In this document: positions 42,038 to 51,744 of the stretch, piece after piece
Layout of the letters: each line of letters starts with the position of its first letter
Numbering within the stretch: the stretch's first letter is position 1
Assembly: GCA_963726695.1 (NCBI GenBank)
Contig: CAVSDE010000008.1
Coordinates: 97,324 to 161,323 of the forward strand
Source: an uncultured Acidimicrobiales bacterium
Lineage (GTDB): Bacteria; Actinomycetota; Acidimicrobiia; Acidimicrobiales; DATKAS01
DNA length: 64,000 bases
Reading direction: 5' to 3'
Program-made: the position numbers and the translations under genes
Notes under the pieces: model-generated
Database searches by the model: none
Told to the model about the DNA's origin: nothing
The model's input: only the letters and a program-made list of their open reading frames with translations

Positions 42038-42774
42038 GCGGAGGTGCCGGCTCCCAACAAGCTGAGCTTCGCGGAGCGCGCGGTGCTGTCCAGCAACGCG
42101 CCATCGTTCGCGACATTGGCGGCCGCGGGCGACTGCGTGCCAGGCGGTGCCAAGGTGATCTGCGTCAGCGTCGCGTGGAGCGTGTTCGACGCGTTGATCA
42201 CCGGCACGAGCGCGTTGCGCTCGAGTGCAGACGGGCCGCTGTGATGGAGCGTCGCGAGCTGCGCATTGAGCTGCACGAGCCGCGCCTCGGTGCGCGTCGC
42301 GAGCACTGGGATCGCCGAGGGCTGCGCGGCGGCGAGGCTGATGCCCACGTCGGACAGCTCGTCGAAAAGCGCGCTCGCCTGCTGCCTCCAGCTCGCGTTT
42401 CCCTTCTGGGTCCGCGCCCTCCCGACAAAGAAGACCACGATGCCGACGACGATCACGATCCCGATGAGGATGAGGAGCCAGTTGTCGCTGTCGTTCGGGC
42501 TCGTCGAGGCAGCTGCGGTCGTCGCAGTGGCCGCCGTGGTGTCGGGGGTGGCGATCGTCGCGGCAACGTCCGCGGTGGTCGGAGCCTCCGTCGTCGTCTC
42601 AGCCTTCGTCGTGGTCGCGGCCTCGGTGGTCGTCGGGGCCGCCGTCGTGGGCGCCGTCGTGGGCGCCGTGGTGGCCGTCGTGTCTTGCGCTCCGGCGACG
42701 CCCCCAGCAAGGCCGAACGCGGCGACGGCGGCCAGCGTGGCGAGGAGAACGATGGTCCTGCGGGTGCGCGGCAT
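42034..42774 (-). CDS. Hypothetical membrane protein with Thr/Ala-rich extracellular region
   Basis: Signal peptide, TTAP repeats, TM, cytoplasmic helical tail. Confidence 0.65.
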   Translation of the reverse strand: MPRTRRTIVLLATLAAVAAFGLAGGVAGAQDTTATTAPTTAPTTAAPTTTEAATTTKAETTTEAPTTADVAATIATPDTTAATATTAAASTSPNDSDNWLLILIGIVIVVGIVVFFVGRARTQKGNASWRQQASALFDELSDVGISLAAAQPSAIPVLATRTEARLVQLNAQLATLHHSGPSALERNALVPVINASNTLHATLTQITLAPPGTQSPAAANVANDGALLDSTARSAKLSLLGAGTSA

Positions 42775-42792
42775 GCGCGCGACCGTAACGGG

Positions 42793-43197
42793 TCAGCCCG
42801 CCGTGGCAAGGCCCACGAGCAAAGCCTCCACTCGTCGCCGTATGTCGTCCCGGATCTCCCTGACGTGCTCGATCGGCTCGCCAGCGGGATCTTCGACGGC
42901 CCAATCCTCATAGCGCTTGCCAGGAACGAACGGGCACGAGTCGCCGCAGCCCATCGTGATCACCACATCTGCCTCGTCGAGGTCCGCGTCGGACCACCGC
43001 TGCGGCGTCGTGTGGCTGATGTCGATGCCGACCTCGGCCATCACCTCGACCGCACGCGGGTTCACCTCTGACGCCGGCTCCGACCCGCCCGACAACGCAA
43101 TGGCCGTGCCGGCGGACAGGTGCTCGAGCCACGCAGCCGCCATCTGCGAACGGCCGGCATTGTGCACGCACAGGAAGAGGACATGCGAACCGCTCAC
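42793..43197 (-). CDS. arsC: Arsenate reductase (LMW-PTP type)
   Basis: CVHNAGRSQMA, ITMGCGDSCP, WAVEDPAG. Confidence 0.93.
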   Translation of the reverse strand: MSGSHVLFLCVHNAGRSQMAAAWLEHLSAGTAIALSGGSEPASEVNPRAVEVMAEVGIDISHTTPQRWSDADLDEADVVITMGCGDSCPFVPGKRYEDWAVEDPAGEPIEHVREIRDDIRRRVEALLVGLATAG

Positions 43198-43871
43198 GAG
43201 ACCTCCACGTGCTCGACCCACAGGTACGCGCAGAACGCGATCGCGGCCACGCCGCCCGCGAGCTGGGCCACGATGAACGCGGGCACCGACGACGGGCTGA
43301 TCCCTGCGAACGTGTCCGTCAACGTCCGGGCAATCGTCACCGCGGGATTCGCGAAGCTCGTGGAGCTCGTGAACCAGTATGCCGCCGCGATGTATCCGCC
43401 GACCGCGAACGCGACCATCGACGAACGCCCGGACCGCACGATCCCCAAGATCACCAGTAGCAGCCCGAACGTCGCGACGATCTCGCCGAGCCAGAGACCA
43501 GCCGACGATCGTTCATGGGTCGACAGGGTCACCGCGGGAAGGTCGAACATCAGGTTCGCGACGACCGCGCCCACACACGCACCCGCGATCTGAGCGATGA
43601 CGTACACGAGGCTCTCGCGGTTGTCGAGATGACCCGCCACGCGACTCGCCAGCGTCACGACCGGATTGAAGTGCGCACCTGAGATCGACAAGAAAGCGAG
43701 GATCAGCGCGGCGAGGCCCGCTCCGGTCGCAATCGAGTTCTCGAGCAGCTGGAGCCCCATGTCGTTCGGCGAAAGGCGCTGGGCGAAGATGCCCGAGCCG
43801 ACGACGACCGCAACGAGGAACCCCGTGCCGACTGCCTCCGCAGTAGCCCGCCTGGCGAGATCAGCGTGCAA
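43194..43871 (-). CDS. MIP/aquaglyceroporin arsenite channel (AqpS-like)
   Basis: ISGAHFNPVVT and YWFTSSTSFANPAVTIAR; inside the ars cluster. Confidence 0.9.
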   Translation of the reverse strand: MHADLARRATAEAVGTGFLVAVVVGSGIFAQRLSPNDMGLQLLENSIATGAGLAALILAFLSISGAHFNPVVTLASRVAGHLDNRESLVYVIAQIAGACVGAVVANLMFDLPAVTLSTHERSSAGLWLGEIVATFGLLLVILGIVRSGRSSMVAFAVGGYIAAAYWFTSSTSFANPAVTIARTLTDTFAGISPSSVPAFIVAQLAGGVAAIAFCAYLWVEHVEVS

Positions 43872-43873
43872 CG

Positions 43874-44299
43874 TCAGCAGCAGCGCGCGGCCGACTCTGG
43901 CGCCGACGAGCAGCAGAGCTCGTCACGCGGCACCTCGATGTCCTCGAGCACCGTGTAGATCTCCCACGGCTCTCCGTCGGGTGCGTCGACCCACACCTTG
44001 TCCTGGACCGCGTAGCAACACGCGACCTCGTCCTCGACGGCGCACGCCAGGCCTTCACCCTCGAGGCGGGCATGCGCCGTGGCGACAGCTTCGGGGTCGT
44101 CGACCTCCACGCCGAGGTGGTTCAGCGTGCCGGGGACGCCGTCGCCGGCCATCAGCACGAGCTTGAGCGGGGGCTCAGCGATCGCGAAGTTGGCGTATCC
44201 CGGCCGAAGCTTCCGAGGGGGAGTGCCGAAGAGCTTGGAGTAGAACGCGACGGCCTCGTCGAGGTCCGAGACGTTCAGGGCGAGCTGGACTCGTGACAT
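43874..44299 (-). CDS. arsI: ArsI/CadI glyoxalase-fold metalloenzyme (C-As lyase type)
   Basis: MSRVQLALNV, YANFAI.EPPLKLVL, LNHLGVEV, CCYAVQDKVWV..PDGEPWE.Y. Confidence 0.9.
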   Translation of the reverse strand: MSRVQLALNVSDLDEAVAFYSKLFGTPPRKLRPGYANFAIAEPPLKLVLMAGDGVPGTLNHLGVEVDDPEAVATAHARLEGEGLACAVEDEVACCYAVQDKVWVDAPDGEPWEIYTVLEDIEVPRDELCCSSAPESAARCC

Positions 44300-44320
44300 C
44301 ACTGGACTCCTGATAGATTC

Positions 44321-44671
44321 GTGAACATCGATACATCGACTGTGGCAAATGCATCGACAAATGTCAATACGTGCTGCCCATCGATCCTGGGTGCTCCACT
44401 CGACGCGGACGACGCTGAGGCGCTCGCGCGTGGCTATGCGGCCCTCGCCGACCCCGTGCGGCTCCGCATCCTCAGCATGATCGCCACCTCCGACGAGGTC
44501 TGCTCGTGCAACCTGGTCGGGCCGTTGGGGAAGGCGCAGCCGACGATCAGCCATCACACGAAGGCGCTCAGCGACGCGGGCCTCATCGTCGGGGAGAAGC
44601 GCGGGCGCTGGGTCTACTGGCGTGCCGTCCCCGAGCGGCTCGACGCGCTGCGCGCGGCGCTGGCGGGTTAG
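44321..44671 (+). CDS. arsR: ArsR/SmtB repressor (start uncertain: 44321 or 44342)
   Basis: N-terminal CC, ALADPVRLRIL, EVCSC, QPTISHH, EKRGRWVYW. Confidence 0.9.
   Translation: MNIDTSTVANASTNVNTCCPSILGAPLDADDAEALARGYAALADPVRLRILSMIATSDEVCSCNLVGPLGKAQPTISHHTKALSDAGLIVGEKRGRWVYWRAVPERLDALRAALAG
44353..44368. promoter_or_regulatory. Putative ArsR operator
   Basis: Imperfect palindrome ATCGAC-AAAT-GTCAAT in the AT-rich divergent arsI/arsR junction. Confidence 0.5.
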
Positions 44672-45093
44672 ACGACTTCGGGCGTCGGCGCGGACTCGGG
44701 CGCGGGCACGCCCTCCTGGTAGGGCTCGTCGCGCAGGATCGCGTCGGCGGCGCGCCGCAAACGGAACGCGTCGAGCGGCTTGATCAGCCAGCCGTCCGCA
44801 TGGCTTCGCTGCGCAAGGAACACGTCTGCTGCGCGGTCGAGGAGCATGAGCACACCGACGTCGGGCAACCGGTCGGCTCCGGCTTCGAGCCTGAGGTCCA
44901 TGCATGTGGCCATGCCACCCATGTTGCCGATCTGCAGATCGAGCACCACGAGATCGGCGGGGCGGATCTTCAGCGCTGGGACGACGTCCTTGCCGTTGCG
45001 CACCCACCTGATCGTGGTGGTCTCGCCTCCGAGCGCAGCCCGCACCTCGTCGAGGATCCAGTCGGCATCGGTCGCAACGAGGATCTCCGGCAC
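44668..45093 (-). CDS. Single-domain response regulator
   Basis: ILVATDAD, DLVVLDLQIGNMGG, ADGWLIKP. Confidence 0.88.
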   Translation of the reverse strand: MPEILVATDADWILDEVRAALGGETTTIRWVRNGKDVVPALKIRPADLVVLDLQIGNMGGMATCMDLRLEAGADRLPDVGVLMLLDRAADVFLAQRSHADGWLIKPLDAFRLRRAADAILRDEPYQEGVPAPESAPTPEVV

Positions 45094-45102
45094 GGAGGGA
45101 GG

Positions 45103-46176
45103 CTACCGAAACAGGTGCGCGGCGATCGCATCCAGGCCGGCGATGTCGTGCACGTCGCTCTCGAGGAACGGCACCCGCACGACCGGAGCCGGATCGACCC
45201 GCGCCGCGAGCCCCTGCAGGTGGTCCTCCTCGCGCGCGGCGACGAGCTCGAAGTCGGCGAGGTTCGCGAAGAGCTGTCCGAGATCCGAGCCGGCGAGTGT
45301 GCGGGCGCGCTCGCGCGTCGCTTCGGCCAGGCCGGTGCCGAATCGCGGATGCATGCGATTGACGACCAGCGCTGCGACGGCGATGCCCGCCTCATCGAGC
45401 CGATCGGCGAAGTAGGACGCCTCCTCGACGGTGTCGCCCCGCGGCGACGCGACGAGGACGAACGAGGTCTCCCGCGCCGAGAGCAGCTCGAGCACTCGCT
45501 CCGCACGCTCACGGAACCCGGCCTCCATGCCGTCGAAGGCCTGGAAGAACGCGATCGCGTCCTCGATGACGTCGCCGCCGATCACCTTCGACACCGAGCG
45601 CAGGAACGCCTGCGCGGCGACGTTCACCGCCTTCACGTAGGCCCGGCCCGGGGTCATGAGGATGCGATACAGACGATGGTCGAGGAAGCGCGTCAGCCGA
45701 CGGGGTGCGTCGAGGAAGTCGAGTGCGTTGCGCGTGGGCGGGGTGTCGACCACGACGAGGTCGAATTGCGACTCCTCGTGCAGCTCGAAGAGCTTCTCCA
45801 TCGCCATGTACTCCTGCGTGCCGCTGAGGCGACCGGAGATGTTGCGGTAGAAGCGATTGCTGTAGATGCGCTGCGCCTGCGCGGGATCGGCGGCGTTGCG
45901 CGCGACGAGCTCGTCGAAGGTCGTCTTGGTGTCGAGCATCATCGCCCACAGCTCGCCCGACCAGTCGCCCTCGATGACCGACGGTGAGTTGGTGAGGCCT
46001 TCGAGGCCGAGCGCGTCGGCAAGTCGCTTCGCCGGGTCGATCGTCACGACCACACACCGCCGCCCGAGTCGCGCTCCGTGCAACGCGATCGACGCCGCCG
46101 ACGTGGTCTTGCCCACGCCTCCCGTGCCACAGCACAAGATGATCGAGCTGCCGGCAAGGACTTCTTCGAGCGTCAT
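45103..46176 (-). CDS. Get3/ArsA-like ATPase (Rv3680-type)
   Basis: CCGTGGVGKTT, TIDPAKRLA, GTQEYMAMEKL, VVDTPPTRNALDFLDAP. Confidence 0.9.
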   Translation of the reverse strand: MTLEEVLAGSSIILCCGTGGVGKTTSAASIALHGARLGRRCVVVTIDPAKRLADALGLEGLTNSPSVIEGDWSGELWAMMLDTKTTFDELVARNAADPAQAQRIYSNRFYRNISGRLSGTQEYMAMEKLFELHEESQFDLVVVDTPPTRNALDFLDAPRRLTRFLDHRLYRILMTPGRAYVKAVNVAAQAFLRSVSKVIGGDVIEDAIAFFQAFDGMEAGFRERAERVLELLSARETSFVLVASPRGDTVEEASYFADRLDEAGIAVAALVVNRMHPRFGTGLAEATRERARTLAGSDLGQLFANLADFELVAAREEDHLQGLAARVDPAPVVRVPFLESDVHDIAGLDAIAAHLFR

Positions 46177-47141
46177 GACGGCAGCGGCCCGAGCGCGCCG
46201 ATCCCTTCCAGCGCGGCGTCACCCAAGAGCTGGATGTCGTCGTGGGTGATGTCGGTCGTGAAGAGAAAGGGAAGGTGGATCTGAGGCAACGGGAGCCGAT
46301 CGGACAGCCGCGCGACCTGCTCGCGCTGGAGCGCCACGCGTGAGGAGCGGAACGCTGCCGCGTCGCGGAGCGCATCCGCCTCGCCCGGCATGAGCGCGAC
46401 GCCGGCCGCTTCCGCGGCGGCGACGGGATCGACGTCCATGCCCTCGCGTTCGGGGTAGAGGCCGTTCACGATCACCGGGCCGAGCGCGACACCGACACGA
46501 TCTTCGAGCGAGTACGCGGTGTCGACGAGCTCGTTCACCGGCGTCTCTTCGGGGAGCGTGACGAGCACGACCGAGCACCGCTCGGGGTCGGTGAGCATCT
46601 CCATGACGTCGCGCGCCTGGGTGTTGATCGGCCCGACCGTCACCGCGTCGAGCAGGCCGCGCGCGGACTCGAGGAACGTGACGGCATGCCCCGCTGCCGG
46701 CGCGTCGAGGAGGATGAGGTCGACCCCTCCCCCTCGCTCGAGCTGCTTCACCTTCCCCAACACGAGGATGTCTTCGATGCCGGGCGCCGCGGTCGCGACG
46801 ACATCGAGCGCACCACCCCGCACGAGCCGGTTCGACAGCCGGCGCATGCCGTGGTCGACGAGGTACTCGAGGAGGGCGTCGGTCGGCGTGATCGCCCGGG
46901 CCAGGACTGTTCCCCCGCCTGCGGCGGCACCCTGCAAGACCGTCGTCTCGTCGTAGCGAAGGGCATGCAAGCCGAAGAGGCGCCCGAGGCCGGTCTTGCC
47001 CTCGACTTCCACGACGAGCACACGGAGGCCAGACTTGGCCGCTGCGACCGCGAGCGCCGCGGTCACGGTGGTTTTGCCCACACCGCCCTTCCCAGCCACG
47101 ATGACCAGCCGGGACGTGGCGAAGAACGCCAGCGGATCCAA
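46173..47141 (-). CDS. Get3/ArsA-like ATPase (Rv3679-type)
   Basis: VAGKGGVGKTT, APGIEDILVLGKVK, LDAPAAGH, VTLPEETPVNE. Confidence 0.9.
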   Translation of the reverse strand: MDPLAFFATSRLVIVAGKGGVGKTTVTAALAVAAAKSGLRVLVVEVEGKTGLGRLFGLHALRYDETTVLQGAAAGGGTVLARAITPTDALLEYLVDHGMRRLSNRLVRGGALDVVATAAPGIEDILVLGKVKQLERGGGVDLILLDAPAAGHAVTFLESARGLLDAVTVGPINTQARDVMEMLTDPERCSVVLVTLPEETPVNELVDTAYSLEDRVGVALGPVIVNGLYPEREGMDVDPVAAAEAAGVALMPGEADALRDAAAFRSSRVALQREQVARLSDRLPLPQIHLPFLFTTDITHDDIQLLGDAALEGIGALGPLPS

Positions 47142-47163
47142 CCATCCCCCTTCGGAGGCTCGG

Positions 47164-48526
47164 TTGCGCAGACTATCCAGCGTGTGCGCCGCCCTCGGCG
47201 CCGTCGTGGTCGCGACCACGCTGCTCGTCGCGCATCCCGCGGGGGCGCAGGACGCCCAGAAGGACGCCCAAAACGACGTTTCGAAGGTCCCGCCGATCAA
47301 CGTGATCGAGGTCAGCGGCCTGCTCGACCCCGTGCAGGCCGACTTCATCCGCACCGCGATCGACAGTGCAGAGCGCCAGCACGTGCAGACGCTCGTCATC
47401 CAGCTGAACAGCCGCCAGGCGGTGATCGACGACGCGCAGATGGCCGATCTCGTGGACGAGATCGCCGACGCGAAGGTGCCGATCTCGATCTGGGTCGGGC
47501 CGAGCGGCGCGCGCGCCTACGCCGGCAGCGGTCAGATGCTGCTGGCCGCCGATCTCACAGGGATCTCTCCCGGCAGCCGGGTGGGCAACTTCGGTGACGC
47601 GCTCGATGCCAGCGGCCTCACGGCCCCCGACAAGGCGCTCATCGACAAGTACTGCTGCACGTCGCTGGGCGCTGTCGAAGCGGTCGACGCCAAGGTGATC
47701 GATCTGAACTCGCCGGTGCTCGGGCAGTTCATCGTCGGTCTCGACGGTTTGACCGTCGACGGCACGACGTTGCACACCGCCGAAGTCGTGCAGAGCTCGA
47801 GCGGCCCGCGCAGCCAGCCGATCGCGGCAGGTGCGCTTCGCGAAGCTCGATCTGCTGCCCCGGTTGATGCACACGGTCGCGAGTCCTCCGGTCGCGTACC
47901 TCATGCTGACCATCGGGCTCGTGCTGCTGGTCTTCGAGTTCTTCGTCGCCGGTGTCGGGATCGCGGGAGGCGTCGGAGCGCTCTTCCTCGTCCTCAGCGC
48001 GTACGGCCTCACGGTGCTTCCGACCAGGCCGGCGAGTGTCGGGCTCATCCTGCTCTCGATGCTCGCGTTCGCCATCGACGTGCAGACAGGGGTGCCGCGG
48101 TTCTGGACAGGTGTGGGCACTGCGGCGTTCACCGCGGGGAGCCTTCTTCTCTACGACGGGCTGTCGCTCTCCTGGATCACGTTGCTCTTCGCGATCGGAG
48201 GCGTGCTCCTCGCGATGCTCGCCGGCATGCCGACGATGATCCGCACCCGGTTCGCGACACCGACGATCGGTCGCGAGTGGATGATCGGGGAGATGGGCAC
48301 CGCAATCGTCGACGTCGACCCGGACGGGATCGTGCTGGTGAGGGACGCACAGTGGCGTGCCCGCACCAATCGGGCGACCCCGATCCGGGCCGGACAGGCA
48401 ATTCGCGTGGTCGACATCGACGGTCCGCTGCTCGAGGTCGAGCCCGAGGCCGGAGGGGCCCGAGACCACCGCGAGCGCCGAAACCGGGCCGAATCTCGTA
48501 ATGAAGCGCCCTCCGACCAGGCCTGA
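47164..48526 (+). CDS. NfeD-family membrane protease-like protein (frameshift ~47830)
   Basis: ClpP-like N-domain (VPISIWVGPSGARA), TM block, C-terminal OB (GREWMIGEMG...W.ART). Confidence 0.85.
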
Positions 48527-48574
48527 CCTGCATCAGTTCGCGCTCGATTTCACAGAATTCGCGAAAGTTCACCA

Positions 48575-48604
48575 TTGTCAGGCCGCGAACCGCGGTTGTA
48601 CGGT
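48575..48604 (+). promoter_or_regulatory. SigA-type promoter of whiB
   Basis: TTGTCA-N18-TACGGT, with an AT-rich element upstream and RBS AAGGGGG downstream. Confidence 0.55.
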
Positions 48605-48630
48605 CGCTGTCCGGACAAGGGGGATCGGGC

Positions 48631-48891
48631 GTGACCGCTCAGCGCAACGAGGAAGCCTGGCAGGCCAAGGCGGCTTGTCGCGGACCCCAGGCCGTCGTGT
48701 TCTTCCCGCCGTCCCAATTCGAGCGCAAGGAAGAGAAGGCCGAGCGCGAGGAGCGGGCCAAGGCCATCTGTGCGCAATGCGGCGTACGAGAGCCCTGTCT
48801 GTCCTATGCACTGCGGATCCGTGAGCAGCACGGCATCTGGGGCGGGCTCAACGAGCTCGAGCGCAAGCAGCTGCTCGCCCACCGCGGCTGA
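48631..48891 (+). CDS. whiB: WhiB-family Fe-S transcription factor (WhiB3/WhiD-like)
   Basis: W...AAC...FFPP..ER....RE.RAKAIC..C.V...C...GIWGGL.E.ER. Confidence 0.95.
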   Translation: MTAQRNEEAWQAKAACRGPQAVVFFPPSQFERKEEKAEREERAKAICAQCGVREPCLSYALRIREQHGIWGGLNELERKQLLAHRG

Positions 48892-48960
48892 CGCTTCCCT
48901 CACCGGGGCTGACACAGCACTGCAACGGTCGGTCCGCATGGTCCGAGACGGACCCTGGGT

Positions 48961-49980
48961 ATGGTGTCCCTGGTGGCCAGCGTCCGCGACGCACCGGCCG
49001 AGGGCGAGCGGGCCCCCTTGCCGGGCAGCGCTGCACCTCTCGATCCCACTCCCACGGTCCGCGCACCCGTCGTCTGGAAGCGCACCTGGGTCGACGAGCG
49101 CCCGGCGATGTATGGAGTCGCCGGCGACGGCCTGCCGGTCGTCCTCCTCCACGGGTGGGGACTCGCTCACCACGCGTACAAGGGGGCGATCCAACGGCTC
49201 GTCGCACTCGGATGCCGCGTCTACGCGCCGGCGCAGCCGGGGTTCGGCGGCACGGCTGAGCTTCCCAAGCGTGAGTTCTCCCTCGCCGGTTACGCCCGGT
49301 GGGTCGAAGGCTTCCTCGACGCGGTCCACGTCGACGAGCCCGTCTTCCTGATCGGTCACTCGTTCGGCGGTGGCGTCGCGATCCGCTTCGCTCACGACTA
49401 CCCCGACCGGGTCAGGTCGCTCGTGCTCGTGAACTCGATCGGTGGCTCTGCGTGGAAGGCCGGCTCGAAGCTGAAGTCGCTCGCCGACCGTCCGCTCTGG
49501 GACTGGGGGCTGCACTTCCCGAGCGACATCTGGCCGATCCCGCAGGCGACGAGGGTGCTGCCGATCATGCTCGAGGACGCGCTCCCCAACCTGCTGCGCA
49601 ACCCGCGGGCAATGCTGAAAGTGGGCACGCTCGCGCGCCGCGTCGACCTCACGTACGAGCTCGAGGCACTGAAGGAGCGCAAGCTGCCGGTCGTGGTCCT
49701 GTGGGGGACGCGCGACGGCATCATCCCGAGAGAGTCGTTCGACGCGCTCGTGTGTTGCCGTTGGCACGGAGGGCAAGGTTGTCGACGGCTCGCACTCGTG
49801 GCTGCTCGCCGATCCTGACGGCTTCGGCGAGGTGATCACGAACGCGGTCGAGGTGGCCCGAGTCGCGGCGAGCTCGAGTCCGAGCCGCCATCTCGGCGCG
49901 CCGGTTTCCTGGGCAAGGAGCGGAAACGTCCGCGCACCCTGCGCACCGTCGCCGCCGCCAAGCCCTCCGACGAGACCTAG
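48961..49980 (+). CDS. Alpha/beta hydrolase (frameshifts near the 3' end)
   Basis: LLHGWG, PGFGGT, GHSFGG; GSHSWLLADP after the shift; probable end ...KPSDET*. Confidence 0.85.
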
Positions 49981-49991
49981 GTCGGCAAGCT

Positions 49992-51744
49992 CTACGTGGG
50001 CAGGCCCTCCGTGTGCAGGCGCGGCCCGGCGACCCGAAGATCGTCGCGACGCCTCGTCACGCCCCTCGCGTCGAGCTCCGCCACGAGTGGCATCGCGTAC
50101 TTGCGGCTCGTGCCCAGTGCCTCCCTGATCTGAGACACCGTGATGCCGTCGGGCTCGGCGCGAAGCAGCGCGGCGACCGTCCGCGCGGCTCGATCGAGTG
50201 CGTCCGCCGCGAACCAGATCCCGTCGCGCTCGACGACGAGGCCACGGCGCACGAGCTCGCGGCAGCTCGGCCCGGTCGACGCCTTCCGGTGCGGGCGGGG
50301 CGAAGGGCGCGGCCGCGAGCACGGCGAGGTAGGGATGATCCGCGAGCGGATCGGCCTGGGCGGCCAGCCGGGCCCGGCCGTTTTCGACGATGACGCCGTC
50401 GATCGTGCGGAGGGCCTCGCGTTGCACGTCGTCGAGCGTCGCGACGTCGAGCCCGAGCGGCCCAGCGCTCTCGACCTCCTCCACGACCGCGATGCGTAGG
50501 GCTTCGAGCGCCGCAGGAGCGATGGCCCACGGGCCGAGGTTCGGAGGCCGCCGCTCACCAGTGAGCGCCTCGAGGTCGTGCGGCGTGAGAGGGCCGCGCT
50601 CTGCTATCACGCGATCCACCGATCGATCGGGCAGGGCGCTACTCACCGTGCGAACCGGCGCGAGCTCGACGATCTCAGCGCCGCCGACGGTCTCAGACCG
50701 ACCGCTCTCGCGGAGGATGAACCGATCACCGGGGAGGAGAGGGAGCGCGGTCGGGATGCGGACGCGGATCCAGCCGCGGGTGCCGGGCGCGATGGTGTCG
50801 GCGCCGATGACGCGGAGCTGGGCGGGATGCTCACCCGACCCGATCGCGACGGTGTAGGCGCCGCGACGAGACACGTCGTGACCGATGCTGGCGAGCACGG
50901 TCAGCTCCGCGTCGAACACGCGACAGGGAAGCCAACGCGACGGCTGCACCACTGCGTCACCTCGGGTGATCGCCTCATGCTCGATCCCGACGAGGTTGAT
51001 CGCGACACGGTTGCCGGGACCGATCTGCTCGACCGAGTAGTGGAAGGTCTGCAGCGAGCGGACGCGTGCGCCGCGACCTCCAGGTTCCACGATCAATTCG
51101 TCGTCGACGGTGAGGAGGCCGTCGGTCAGCGTGCCGGTCACGACCGTGCCCGCTCCGCGAGCAGCGAACACGCGGTCGACCCACAGTCGAGGCCGGCCGC
51201 GATCCTTCGCGGGCGACGACGCAGCGACCATCCGGTCGAGCGCCCCCTGCAGCTCGTCGACGCCGATGCCGCGCGGTGCGGCGACGCCGATCACCTCCGC
51301 GTCCTCGAGGAACGTGCCCGCGACCCGGTCCGCGAGGTCGAGCCTCACCAGTTCGAAGTGATCCGCGTCGACGAGGTCGACTTGGGTCAGCGCGATCACG
51401 CCGTGCTCGATGCCCAGCAGATCCAGGATGCGGAGATGCTCCTCGCTCTGGGGCTTCCAACCCTCGGTGGCCGCGACGACGAAAAGACAGGCATCCACCG
51501 AACCGACGCCGGCGAGCATGTTCTTGATGAAGCGGACGTGACCCGGCACGTCGACAAATGAGATGCGAGCACCTGAAGGGAGCGCTGCCCACGCGAACCC
51601 CAAGTCGATCGTCAGGCCGCGCCGCTTCTCCTCCGCGTAGCGATCGGGATCGGTGCCGGTGAGCGCGAGGACGAGCGTGGACTTGCCGTGATCGACGTGC
51701 CCAGCGGTCGCAACGACGCGAGTCGGAGGCGACTCGTCGGTCAA
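49992..51744 (-). CDS. selB: Selenocysteine-specific elongation factor (frameshift ~50265)
   Basis: ATAGHVDHGKS, EEKRRGLTIDLGF, DVPGH.RFIKNMLAG; C-terminal winged helix SRKYAMPL..LD.RGVTRR. Confidence 0.95.

Noticed and set aside
42540-42680. Short tandem DNA repeats (also 33940-34060 and 27880-27915)
   Set aside because: They encode low-complexity Thr/Ala/Pro or Glu-Pro linkers within proteins and are not independent elements.
45103-47141. ArsA arsenite-pump ATPases belonging to the ars operon
   Set aside because: Motifs match the Rv3679/Rv3680 Get3-like pair, and there is no arsB/arsD. Adjacency to ars genes is probably incidental.
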